Below, one piece after another: positions 11,135-23,609 of a DNA stretch of 64,000 nt. The stretch lies in NCBI RefSeq assembly GCF_036588685.1, contig NC_086377.1, forward strand, positions 15,128,001 through 15,192,000, written 5' to 3'. Position 1 is the first letter of the stretch; every line of letters begins with the position of its first letter. The notes beneath the pieces are model-generated. The model ran no database searches. It had not been told where the DNA came from and worked only from the letters and a program-made list of their open reading frames with translations. The translations under genes were made by a program, and so were the position numbers. The stretch comes from Mytilus trossulus. Its lineage: Eukaryota.

Positions 11135-12546
11135 GATCCTCTACCATTATATTGTGTTGATGTTTTGTGGTGTTTTGGTGTCCCAACAATTGTAAAGCGC
11201 TATGGCACAATCTAGGGGGAGGTTCACGGTAGGAGGCCGGAATCAGCAACGAGAAAGAAAACCAAACTAGAATATCAAGAAACTCGCTATTAATTTAATA
11301 AAGAAAACATTAAGATAAATACAATATAATTTCAAAGTACACATTTTGAAGTCAAAGTAAGTAAAAACAATGAAAAAATAGTACAACAATTCAGATTTCC
11401 TATTAAATAATAACAATAAAGATTACTGTATAAATAAACCTCTGAATTAAAATATTAGTAACTTAGAAACTTTATTTATTTTTTCCAAAATAAAATTAAA
11501 AGAAAAATAGTTTTAAATTTAAATTATTTTCAAAAACAAGAGACTCACCTAGAATATCAAGAAACTCGCTATTGATTTCATAGCGGCTTGATAAGTTTAT
11601 ATACTAAGTTCTGAATGTCCTAGCAAGTAACAAACAAAAGAATGTATGATTTATGAGTTATCGACAACATGTATAATACAAAAATAAAGTTGCAGACGTC
11701 GCTTGACCGTTGTCCGAACTTTTAAGATGCTCTTTATAACTTTACTAGACATATATATATAATTTGGTAACTGCTGCAGTCTCATTGTCCAGACAAATTG
11801 AATAGTTTATAAAAATGCTTGTTTGACATAACGCTTGAAAAATGTATAGAACATTTAAACAATAATTCTATGTAAAATAGTTTACAAAGTAGAACCCGCA
11901 TACATTAACTAATTAACCATATGAAATAAAATAAACTACATTTTTCTATTACAATAATCGCTCTCCCTTTGAAAAAGAGATTGTTCCACCAATCAAAATA
12001 TATAAACACAAAGAAAAACACTCAATAAAAACACCTTTTTTTTTCTTTTTCAAGAATCATAAAATACACAATGAATAATAAAACATGTATATAGTACAAT
12101 TTAAATATTGGTATATATAAAAATGAATATTATATATCTAATGATCTAAAGGCCTTTAACTATTTACAGATGTACCTTAAGATACTGATTCTAATGATTA
12201 TTCTGAGATTATACACGTCGTATTCTAAATATCATTAAAATGCAGTAAACTTTTATTTACGTTAACGATTTTTCCACGATACTTAATTTGCCTCAATGGA
12301 CAGAAGAAGTGGGTCCTTTTTCATTAAAATTCTTATATATTTTATAAATACATTACAATTAACCTTTGGCTATGAGCTAATACAAGTTTTTCGCGTTTAT
12401 ACGCGCACTTGAATCTAAGTTAGGCGATTTGGGGATTATCTGATAATATAAGAAGGAAGTCTAACTTGAATGGGTCATCTTTGGCAAAATTGTGGAAATT
12501 AAAATTTTATTAAATGATAAATAAATGTTAAATGTAAATTTTCTAT

Positions 12547-13068
12547 TTAACGCAAATAGTTTCTGACTTGTCTCTGATAGGATTTTTGCAATCTTTCAAA
12601 ATAATCGATATATAAACTAATAAAAGGGGGTAAATCATTATGTGGAATTTCTATTTCTGGATTGTTAAGAAGAGTATATAAACAGGATGACTGTAGAGTT
12701 AAATAAGAAAAGGGGTCATACACGTAGGAAACTGTATAATTAATCGCATCTAAATAATCTATGTCATCATGATTGTTTATCAATTTGTTCCATACTTGAT
12801 GTGGCGAAAGTTTAAATAGATCCATATCTGGTAACTCTGAAGAATTTGTTGATGGTAATGTTGTTTGTCCTGTTGTTGCTCCTGGTCCTGTTCCTGACGT
12901 TGTTGTTGTTGTAACTGATTGTGTGGATGTTGAGACACTCGACGCAGCAGTAGCGATATCTGTTGTGGCAGTTGCGGTTGTAGTTAAACTTGGATATAAC
13001 GCAGCAAAATGTTGTGGCGTCTGTAACCGGGAATTTCCTGCAACAGATATCAGTGTTATAGAAAGCGT
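12547..13068 (-). pseudogene. C-terminal half of the same orphan protein (T-rich linker plus helical domain)
   Basis: Open frame to a natural stop; the 5' side is cut at the junction with polB (13068/13069). Confidence 0.65.
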
Positions 13069-16000
13069 TTTTCTGGTGGTTTGGTAAATGTTAAAAATGA
13101 GGATCACAAATGTTTCTTGTGGAGCATATTAGCAGGTCTACATCCAGCTCAACGAAACCCTAATCAAGTTTTACATTATAGAAAATATGAACACTCTATG
13201 GATTTAACCGGAATCGACTTCCCCGTTTCATTGTCTAAAGTTGAAAAATTTGAAAAACAAAATGACTTATCCATCAACGTGTTCGGGTGTGAAGATGGGG
13301 TTGTATTTCCACTATACCTTTCAAAAATGGACAATGGATATAAAGAAATTATTTTATTGTACTTATCAAAGGAAAATAATTCTCATTATTGTTGGATCAA
13401 GAATTTCAGTCGTTTCCTTGGACACACACGAAAGCATCACGGTCAACTTCACTATTGCCATCGATGTTTGCATGGGTTTATTAGAAAAGATTTGCTAGAT
13501 AAACACCGACCATACTGTGACAAATTCGATTTTCAAAAAATTGAATTACCAGAAGAAGGGAAAAATATTCTTGAGTTCAAGGATTTCCATAAAAGTATGC
13601 ATGTTGGATTCACGATTTATGCTGATTTTGAGGCACTGACTCGGAAAATGGATTCATGTTTACCAGATCCGAATATATCATCTACAACACATTGCACGAA
13701 ATTTGAAGCTTGCGGTTATGCTTATCAAGTCGTATGTACCAACAGTAACTACACCAAACCCCCAGTTGTTTACAGAGGTAAAAATGCTGTCGAACGTTTT
13801 TTTGGAGACATGTTTAAAGAAGAAGAGTACGTTAATGGTATTTATGGTGACATTGAACCTTTGATCATGACCGATGAAACAGAAAAAAAAATCAAAAGTG
13901 CAACTCATTGTAATATTTGCAGCGGCAAGTTTTCTGATGGTCTCATCAAAGTCAGGGATCATTCTCACATTGGTGTGACTGGGGATCGATATTCTGATAA
14001 CTATAGTAATTACAGATCAGCAACTTGTCAGGCCTGTAATCTGAATTTGCAAAATCCATCATTCATCCCCATATTTTTTCACAACTTTCGCGGATTTGAT
14101 TCCCATTTACTGATAGAAGCTGCCGGAAAATACAAGGACAAGAAGATCGTGTGTATTCCAAATAATATGGAAAAGTATATTTCCTTCTCTGTTGGAAATT
14201 TAAGGTTCTTGGATTCGTACCAGTTCATGTCGGAAAGTCGGAGAGGCTGGTAAAAAATTTAGCTGTAGACGGTCTGACTCATTTTCACCACTTTAGAAAA
14301 GCTTTTCAATCCGATGAAATAGCCAAATTGCTACTACGTAAAAATGTCTATTGTTATGACTATGTAGATAGCCATGATAAATTCGAGGAGACTATGTTAC
14401 CCCCTAAAACAGCTTTCTACAACACCATAAAAAGAGAGCATTTTTCTAATGATGACTATGATCACGCACAACGTGTCTGGGCTGCTATGGACATGAAAAC
14501 ACTTGGTGATTATCACGACCTTTATATATTAACTGACGTTTTATTGCTGGCAGATGTGTTTGAAAGATTCAGGACAATGACAATAGAATACTATGGACTT
14601 AATGCCTGTTATTTTTACACAGCCCCTGTACTTGCTTGGCAAGCTGCCTTAAAAATGAGTGGTGTCAGTTTAGAATTGTTAACATCTCCAGACATGTATA
14701 ACTTTTATGAACTCGGTTGTCGAGGTGGATTAAGTATGATTAGTCAAAAGTATGCTAGGGCTAACAATAAATATGTTAAAGGTTATGACTCTACTAAACC
14801 TAGCTCATATCTGATGTATTACGATGCCAATAATTTATATGGTTGGGCTATGTCACAACCTCTCCCAACTGGAATGATGCGATGGTTAGATGCGGGTGAA
14901 ATACAAGAATTCAACTTGTTAAAAAAAACAATTGATGGTCCAAAGGGCTACATGCTTGAAGTCGACCTGGAATACCCAAATGAAGTACATGAAAATCACA
15001 ATTCCTACCCCTTAGCCCCCTCACACAAGCACGTGGTGGACGAAGAGCTTTCACCATACAGTAAATCGTTGAATGAAGATTTATATGGTGAACACCGGAA
15101 AAGACCTAAAACGATCAAACTGATACCAACGTTGGAAAACAAATGTAACTACATTACCCACTACAGAAATCTACAGTTATATATCAAATTAGGAATGAAA
15201 ATCAAGAAGATCCATAGGATCATAGAATTTGATCAATCTCCCTGGCTAGCTAAATACATATCCTTTAATACGAAGAAACGTCAAAAATCGAAAAATTGCT
15301 TCGAAATTATTATTTTTAAATTAATGTGTAATTCCGTCTTCGGAAAAAACATGGAAAACCTAAGAAACAGAGTTGATATCAAACTCGTCAATAGCGAGCG
15401 TAGTTTAAGAAAATATACTAGCAAGCCGTCGTTTGAGCGGTTTCAAATCTTCAATGAAGATTTGGTTGGAATTCAAAACAAGAAGACGAATTTATTACTC
15501 AATAAACCCGTCTACGTGGGAGCGAGCATATTGGAACTTTCTAAAATCGTTATGTATGATTTTCACTACAACGTAATGAAGTCAAGATATGGGAAAAATA
15601 TCAACCTTCTCTTCTCCGATACAGATTCTCTGATGTATGAAATTTCCACTGAAGATATTTATCAGGATATGATGACGTTTAAAGATTATTTTGATACTTC
15701 GGCATATGATGTAGAGAACAAACTCCATTCAACAGTTAATAAAAAAGTTGTTGGGAAAATGAAAGATGAATTATCTGGTAAGTGTTTTATTCAAATAGGC
15801 ATACCCGCATATTTAATTTCAAACAATAAATATAAAAGTCAAGTGAAAGTAAATTATCTGTACTTGTTCATACTTTAATTGTTTTCATACTTTAAATGTC
15901 AAATATGTTGGGTTTTTTTTTTTTTTACATTATAATTACTATTTGATTTTATCCTTTTCAAGAGTCCCTATTACGGAATTTGTAGGGTTGCGTCCAAAGA

Positions 16001-16314
16001 TGTATTCCATAATCTACGATGTTGATGGAACACAGAATGAAAAACGAACAGCTAAGGGAATAGCCAAGTGTGCCGTAGACCAACAAATTAGACATGAACA
16101 TTATAAACAGTGTTTGTTTCAAAACAGAATGACTTTAAATGATATGAACTTGATTCGTAGTGATAATCACATTCTATATGTGAATCACATTAGAAAAACT
16201 GGACTGTGTAACTCTGATGATAAGCGGTTTTGGAAAAATTCCATACACAGTTATGCGTTTGGACATTATACAATTCCAATTGTAAATAAAAGTTGTAATG
16301 TATATTGTAAATGA
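13069..16314 (+). pseudogene. polB: Polinton/adintovirus-type protein-primed family B DNA polymerase (endonuclease-VII/HNH-containing lineage), 5'-truncated, 1 frameshift, 1 intron
   Basis: vOTU-like KCFLWS...SHYCWI; ExoI YADFE; Endo-VII CNIC...RDHSH...CQACN; ExoII HNFRGFD; ExoIII YILTDV; Pol A DANNLY, B KLMCNSVFGK, C DTDS; then LRPKMYS and KGI. Frameshift at ~14239, intron 15778-15961. Confidence 0.93.
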
Positions 16315-16430
16315 AATTAATACAATAAAATATGTGTACTTGTTTTTTTTGTTGTTTTTTTTAATTGATGCTCATAAGAACTACAGAGATAAAGCTGAAC
16401 ATCACAAGACTACCGTTTGCACAAATATAG

Positions 16431-17017
16431 TCACTGTAGTTGGCTTAAATACTCCATTGGGTTATAATTCTCCTCTCCCGGGATTTTAGGTTTTTTGTTT
16501 ATCATATCACCTTCTTTACTGTCCATGGATCTCTTATTAGAATGGTTAAGCACTCTTAAATGTTGCGCTGTGTAGGGTGGTGGTGGAGGCGTGGCTTGAG
16601 ATGTCAACGGAAGCAACCCTTTTGCAGTTTGTGGTGAATGGTGTTGTGGAGGATGCTGCATAGGTTGTTCTTTTTCCTTAAAAGAAATGAAATTAAATTA
16701 GTCACTTTTGAAAAAGTTGATATGTTTAGATTGTATTTTTATTGGAGTTCGACTGAATTAAAGATGGATAAAAATGAAAAACTTACCTCTAATTCATTAA
16801 ACAGTTGCTCCAACGCTTCTTTCATGTTAACTAGTTCACAGAATTCATCATAACCAAGAGAGCATCTTCCCGGGTTTCTAGGATTGTTGTTGTATAAGTT
16901 TATATAAAAATAGTCATTCACTTTTGTTAATACTATAGCCATATTCCTCCCGAAATTGGTACGCATCTCCAAATTTCCCTTTATACTATTTTTCTTTGCA
17001 AAAGCGTAACTTTCCAT
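16431..17017 (-). CDS. Intact 2-exon divergent PC4-like protein (158 aa); exons 17017-16787, 16676-16431
   Basis: Phase-0 GT-AG intron. FGRN...YFYINLY...CSLGYDEF aligns with the 10286 gene. Pro-rich tail with PPPPY and KKPK; TATA at ~17084-17092. Confidence 0.7.
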
Positions 17018-18282
17018 TATGTTTATTCTAAAATTAGCAGTATATGAAGAATAAAAATATGTAGTTTTGAGTTAGGTGTTGGGTTTATATATAGTATTAC
17101 AAAAAATATTTGGGAGGGTGGGGTGGGTATTTAAGCTACGTCCCTCTTCATTTGCCCAATTGAATTGATGAATGCATATTTGAATACATGTAGATCTATT
17201 CCTATGGGAGTACAGTTCTCTTCAGGGTTTTCTGACTCGATGTTCTCACGGTCTAGAAAATGGTGATACATTTAATGTCAGAATTAATTTTTAATACTCT
17301 AGCTTATTAACTAATTAAAACAAAATGGAAGATCTGAACATGGGAAAAGGATAACCCTAGAAAGGCTTTTCTAATTTATTATAAATCATCATCATGTACG
17401 GAATAATTTACAGTTTAAAGTTAACCATCATATGATTTATCAAAACAGGCGCTTAACTGTTTGAGTTTCTTTGGTGGGTCAGGTAATTATATATATATGC
17501 ATATCTAACTTGAAATTATGTGGTATGGATATTTTATTAAAATATACTGACGGATTTTGTAATGTATTTTATGGTAAAAATTTCCATTCTTAATTTTGAA
17601 CTCGGACTTCTCTTGAACTGTATTTTAATTGTATGCATTTTGCACCCGTCCTAAGTCGGGAACCTCTAGCCTTTTTTTTTTTTTTGTCTTGTATGTAGGG
17701 TTGATGTCTCTTTGACACATTCCCCGTTTCCATTCTTTATTCTATTAATCCCTCATTTACTGGATAACACAATGTCAATTTGCGCAGAAATAGAAAATCA
17801 TACTCAAAACATATGAAAAGATTAAAAATTATCAAAATCGCACTATGTTGATATAAACGAACAGAAAAACCACGTGGGATAACAGAACATTTAACAAAAA
17901 CTACCTTAGCCATTGAAAGTCATTTATTGTTTTATAAATTTCATCATAGGATATAGTCATATATCACGAGTTGTCTCTCTCTAAACACAAACGATTGACT
18001 AACACAACAAATAACATAGTGTGACAAACAAACTCATTCCATATAATGAACAGATAAAAAAAACCTGTCATTTTATGCAACAACCAAACTCTTTTGTGTT
18101 CAACGAAATATAGAGGGGTGGGGGGCTAAATAATCCTGTTCATTGAGTTGTGGCTAATCTTACATGGTAGACAACTCTATAGTTAAAATACCATTCGGAA
18201 CCTAGATTTTAATAGATTCATCAAAGCCCCTAGAGAGGTCAAGATTTCCCGCGGATTTTAACCATATGACAATGTCTGAAAA

Positions 18283-21094
18283 AATGGCTGTCTCATATTT
18301 TCTGTGCTTATTAATAATATATTTCCAAAGTGCTTGTGCAGTTCGATACGATATAACGGAAGTATGTGAAAAGGAATTTGACTTAAACTTTAAGTTCATA
18401 GGGTATGTATGTTCTTTCCGAGGAGAGGGGACATACATTTTCAAGGATCGGGGGCACTCCGAGTCTGGTGACGCAACCATAAGCTTTGCTATGATCAATA
18501 TACAAACTTTTGTTTTAATTCAAACACCAATCAGAAAACTGGAAATTCGACGAGGGGTTATGGAACTGTGTTCAAACATTTTACTACCAACAGAGGAATT
18601 CTTATAACTGTTAACGGACAGGAATGTGTAAGTGTGTCTCCTCACATAAACAAATTGTGCGTACACCCGAAAGACAGCGTGTTCCCTCCAAAAAAGAATG
18701 TTCAAATAATTTCTTTTCTTTTTCTATATTTATGAACGGGTATTTGTTAGCTAAGGGATGTTTTAAAGCTTTACTATCAATGCATGTCCCAAGTCAAGAG
18801 TCTCTAATTTTAGTGAACTGATCGTTGGTTTTCTGTCATTTGAATTTTAACTGGTCTTTTGGAGTCGTAAAGCTTTTATACTTTGCAGTGTGAGTCAAAT
18901 TATTATGCTCTGTGTTGAAGTCCCATACTGTGACCTATAACTGTATAATTGCTTACATCAACAACATTATGTCTGGAGAGTTGTTTCATTAGCAATCATA
19001 CCATACCATAGTTTTCTGTTCAATCTGAACTTGTTTGTGTTGTTTTCTGTTCACACTGAAAAAACATTTACTGACTACATTGCATCACATTGATTTCAAT
19101 TAAAAAACAAGAAAATATTTACTCTTTAATCTACATTTTTCTCTCAAAATGATACATCAATTGGTATTATATATGTATTTAATAGTTTTCTTAAATTTTG
19201 AATGTTTATAATTGGCACTATTTTTCCATTGTCCTTCCTAGAGCTCGAACAGTCAAATGGTTTCCATATCTGAAAAAAAGTTATAGAAATTAATTACTGA
19301 ATAAAAAATCTTCACAAATAAATTTTAATACCAAAAACAATTTGTATAAGAAAGAAAAATTTATGTATTTGTAGAATTTAATAGAGGATAATCCTCAATC
19401 TTTAGCCTGTTGCACAAATTGTCTTAAATGTGTAGGTGTGTATTATCTCTAGTGCATGCCTTAGTATTTTTTTTTTAATATATTTTATACATCTTCATCA
19501 GTTCAAATATTTAACTAGAAAACATTTTATTTATCCTAACAGGCAACTGATCATGATGTATCCTCCATAACATCTACGGCAGACAAATTAACCATGATTC
19601 AAACTGCCACTCAAACCATGGAAACCATGACAGAAACAATGACCTTTACAGTAAGTACAATTTAAATCTTAGAACTATATTGTGTGTATAGACACACACA
19701 CACAAAGGAATGTTAATATTCACAATCATGGATATATAGTTACCAGTAATAAGATACATGTAGCAACCCTCAAATAAACTGAAAGTGTGATAGAAATGTT
19801 GTTTAAAATTCAGCTTTTATATGCTGATCATTTTACGAAGCAAATAATTTTTTCTTCAACAAAACAGTGTAAATACTTTTTTCTTACAGGTATTGGAAGC
19901 GCAGGTGTCTTCTTCAAAGGCAGCAGACAAGACTGCTACGTATACTTATGTAAGTAATTAAGCAAATATGCGTACCTTAAATACCTTCTTCTGTTTGCTC
20001 ATTTACATCTGTTACATCGGTTACTTGATCTACATGTACTTCTGTTACTAGCTCTGAATATGACGGTGGTGGATTCAATATAGGAGAATTTGATCGTGAT
20101 GAGGTACTTTGACTATCCAGAATATCTTCCTCATCAAAATGAATCTGTGGTAGCTGAATTGTTCTGTTCACCTTCTCCCTACAATTATAAAATAATTACA
20201 ATTCCATTATTTCTTTTTTTAAATTGTAAAATTCTTTACAATGCATTTCTGTTTCCATTTTCAGACTGATAATCAATCCTTAGGCTTGGATGATGAAAGA
20301 TTGGCATGGTTGTATTCAACTGTAAGCTTGATTATTGGTAAATATTTTTAAAATTACATAGTGTGATCATAGAAATGTGTGAAAATGCCACGCAAACATT
20401 TATTTGGTATACCTGTTTGTTTTTAAAAAACACTAGATGCACACCATATCCTGATATTAAAATACAAGTATTACATACATAAATGATCATATTAAATGAT
20501 AGCAATCCACCTTTTAAGGTTTCTAACAAACTTCATGATTAACAGGAAATAACTAATTTTCCCCCTTGTTTTTTTCAGTCATTGCTATCGCCCTGATTGT
20601 CTGCTGTTACAGATGCTTTAAAGCCAGAGCCCGCAATTCATCAAAGAAAACTAACCTGTTCGAACTTTCATCTGACATACATTTTGAAGTACCTGAAGCC
20701 ATTCAGATAGATTAATTTTTAGAAATAAATTTTTTGAATATGCATTCTAACATTTTCTAAGTCATGTGGAAGTCATTATTCTGAATTTCAAATATATTGA
20801 TTCTTTCAGTATATGATTTTGCTGACTCTGCTTATATTACATCAACTGTTTCCAGAAAATGAATTTGTCATTCAATAAAACCAACTTGTAAGGCATATAC
20901 CAGCTATAGCTCGTGGCATTAACGGGAACAGACAAAATAATCAACCAGAACCTCAGCACAATAACCAAGACGGACAAAATAATCAACAAAATGTTATTCA
21001 AAATGTTAATAAAAATGTTAATCACCCTATCCCACCTCAGAGGTTAAGAAGATCTGATCGTATAAAACGACCAGTGCAAAGGTTGTCTTTGTAG
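18283..21094 (+). pseudogene. Spliced type-I membrane glycoprotein, paralogue of the 635 gene; exons 18283-18627, 19543-19650, 19890-19949, 20265-20321, 20810-21094 (alternative last exon 20579-20715)
   Basis: Signal peptide, CSFRGEGTY, NGQEC|gtaagt; T-rich exons; TM LAWLYST|YMILLTLLIL. Frameshift at ~18597 and a premature stop at 20876. Confidence 0.65.
19977..20530 (-). pseudogene. Antisense TM exon (20412-20530) and PPxY-containing tail exon (19977-20178) interleaved in introns of the 18283 gene
   Basis: GLLSFNMIIYVCNTCILISGYGVHLVFFK with a gtatac donor; ttgtag acceptor then ...NPPPSYSEL; phases differ by one base across a homopolymer. Confidence 0.45.
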
Positions 21095-21125
21095 AAGATG
21101 TTTAAAATTTAAACAAAATTGAATG

Positions 21126-21470
21126 TTACCTTTCTTGTATGGTGAGTATTACCATCTCCAATATCTTCCTGCCTACGCCATCCTTTTTCTCCCTCATTGC
21201 TTGGATTAATTCAAATAACCACACTAAAATATCACTTCTAGTATAATACAGAAACATTAACCCCTGTTTCGGAGTTGAATGCACCAATGTATGATATAAT
21301 GAAGCCAGGTCTATATCATAATCTTCCAATCTATCTAAGCAAGATAACATGGTTAAAACTTCAGTTTTACTCGTGTCGTCTAAACTGCATATTATACACG
21401 GTTGGTGGCAGACCACCATGTCTAAAATTTCTTCTTTATGATATTTTAACCTGAACACTATAGATTCCAT
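21126..21470 (-). CDS. Orphan 114-aa protein, single exon
   Basis: Clean ORF with aaaATG context and upstream TATA (~21521-21531); H-x-x-C-x-x-C motif; no recognisable family. Confidence 0.5.
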   Translation of the reverse strand: MESIVFRLKYHKEEILDMVVCHQPCIICSLDDTSKTEVLTMLSCLDRLEDYDIDLASLYHTLVHSTPKQGLMFLYYTRSDILVWLFELIQAMREKKDGVGRKILEMVILTIQER

Positions 21471-22727
21471 TTTCTTAATTTAAAAATGTTTGCAAGTATG
21501 AAATAAGCATGGTTTTCTCAATATATATATAGTCTTTGGAGATAATTGCTAGTGAAGAAGTGTAACCAAATTAAATACCAAAATTCCCCCCCCCCCCTTT
21601 TCCCCCCATTGTCCCATTTTAAATTATATGGGTAGTGCAACGTTTAAGTCCTTTATTTCAAAAATTATATGAACAGTGCAACTATTAGTATATGGTTTAA
21701 ATCTGCTTCGTGAAAAGGTTACCAAATAATAACATAACATTAAGAAACAGGTCAATTTCGGCAGTTCATTATAAGTTCAGTTTTGTATGAGTTTGTGAAA
21801 TATTTTAGAATACATATTCAAAGAAAGAAATCATTGTAGTTTATATTTACAATATTGTTCCACAAGCATCCTTTTTTATTCATTATATATCTGGCATCCC
21901 ACATTATTAATATTTCCACTTGTTTAGTGATTTTTTTTAAATGTTTACTATAGATTTACATTCTCAATGCAGATAAGTTTTTATTTCACATGTTTTATGT
22001 ACAGTTGTTTTAACTGTATATACCTCATTTGCCTAACCATACTTAAACCAGTGATTATTAATTTTCAATTTTTTTTTATCTTTTATCAATATGGAGATAA
22101 TTTAATGGCAGCTTTATGCTTGAACTATGGTTGATAAACCATCCTCTATGAATGTTATATTAGTAATGGTGCTTATGGAAATTTTTTAGTTGTTGAGTAT
22201 ATAATTAACCCTTACAATGTAAATATTTTGATATTGTTATTGATGTTTTTATCAACAGTATTATTTGTGATTGCATCATGGCCAAGTATTAAATTTTGAA
22301 TGATAAACATATATCCCCCTTTGCTAAATAAAGTAAGAATTTTCTTGCAAAGAACTGAAAAAAAAATATATATATTTAAATGTCTAGAATGTGTCATCAT
22401 TTACAACACATGTGTTCAAATCTGTCTTGAGCAGTAATATGAAATCATGTTTTTATTTTGTAGGTTTTTACCATTAACAACACTTTAATCCAAATTTGTC
22501 ACTGTTTAGTAATCACTGATTCTTATTTCAAATGAATCCTTCATATATTGAATTGAACTGAAATTTTTGTAATATGTTACAAAGTGCAAATTAAAAACAT
22601 TTATTTCCACCAAACATCTACTTCAATTTTATTTACATTATTCATTGTTTTCATATCTGTAACTTGACTATTTGCTGTTGATGTTATTATAATTGCTTTT
22701 ATTTGTGTTACATCAATCAATTGAATA

Positions 22728-23280
22728 TCTGTGATTTTATAGTATTAGTGTTTTTATTAAGTCATTCAACTTTCACCTCAGACCCATATTTACAGGTTTC
22801 ATTCTTCATTTTTTTTTATATATCTTAAGGTAAAAATGTTTCTATATAGGTTTAAGTTTATATTTTATAATATGTGTTGCATTACATTTTTATAAGCACA
22901 GTTTTTTATATTATTTTTAAGTCAGGGAGTTTTATGTGATATCCAGATTATGGCCTTTTCCAACTGATTTGTTACTGGTCGTGTTGAATGTATCTATATA
23001 TTATATATTATAGTAGTTTATAGTTGTATTTTTATTAAGTCATTCAACTTTCACCTCAGTCCCTTCTTTCACAAGATTCATTCCTCATTTTTTTTTTATC
23101 AAATTTCAGGTTAAATGTTTCTATATAGGTGAAGTTTATATTTTATAATATGTGTTGCTTTACATTTATATATATGTAGTTTTTATACTAAATTTAAGTC
23201 AGGAAGTTTTATGTGATATCAAGATTATGGTCTTTTTCCACTGATTTGTTACTGGTTGTGTTGAATGTATATATATATAG
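22728..23280. repeat. Two diverged tandem copies of a ~280-bp AT-rich unit
   Basis: ttattaagtcattcaactttcacctcag...ctgatttgttactgg...gttgaatgtat occurs twice. Confidence 0.75.
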
Positions 23281-23609
23281 TAGATATGTAGTTGTTTTTA
23301 CTGTTCTTAGCAATTCATTCAATTTGTACTGCAGTCATATATCAAAGTTATTTTCCTCTGCTTTTTCATATCTGAAAGTGTGCATTTGATCTGAAGTAAA
23401 AAGTCTAAAATGTTTTTATGTTTTTGTAACAGTATTGACACTTATTAACCAAGCCTTCAAAATACCTCAATTTTACATACAGGTACTTTTTATTACACTG
23501 TTCTGATTCTGTTTTTTTGTTGAATGATAATAAAATTTGTTAACTAAATAATGTCTTTGTTTTGTTGTATAGGTTATTATTTTCAAAGTTCAAACTATTT
23601 GCAGGCGTG

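Noticed and set aside
20837-21025. Hydrophobic minus-strand ORF
   Set aside because: Antisense reading of the N/Q-rich plus-strand tail exon
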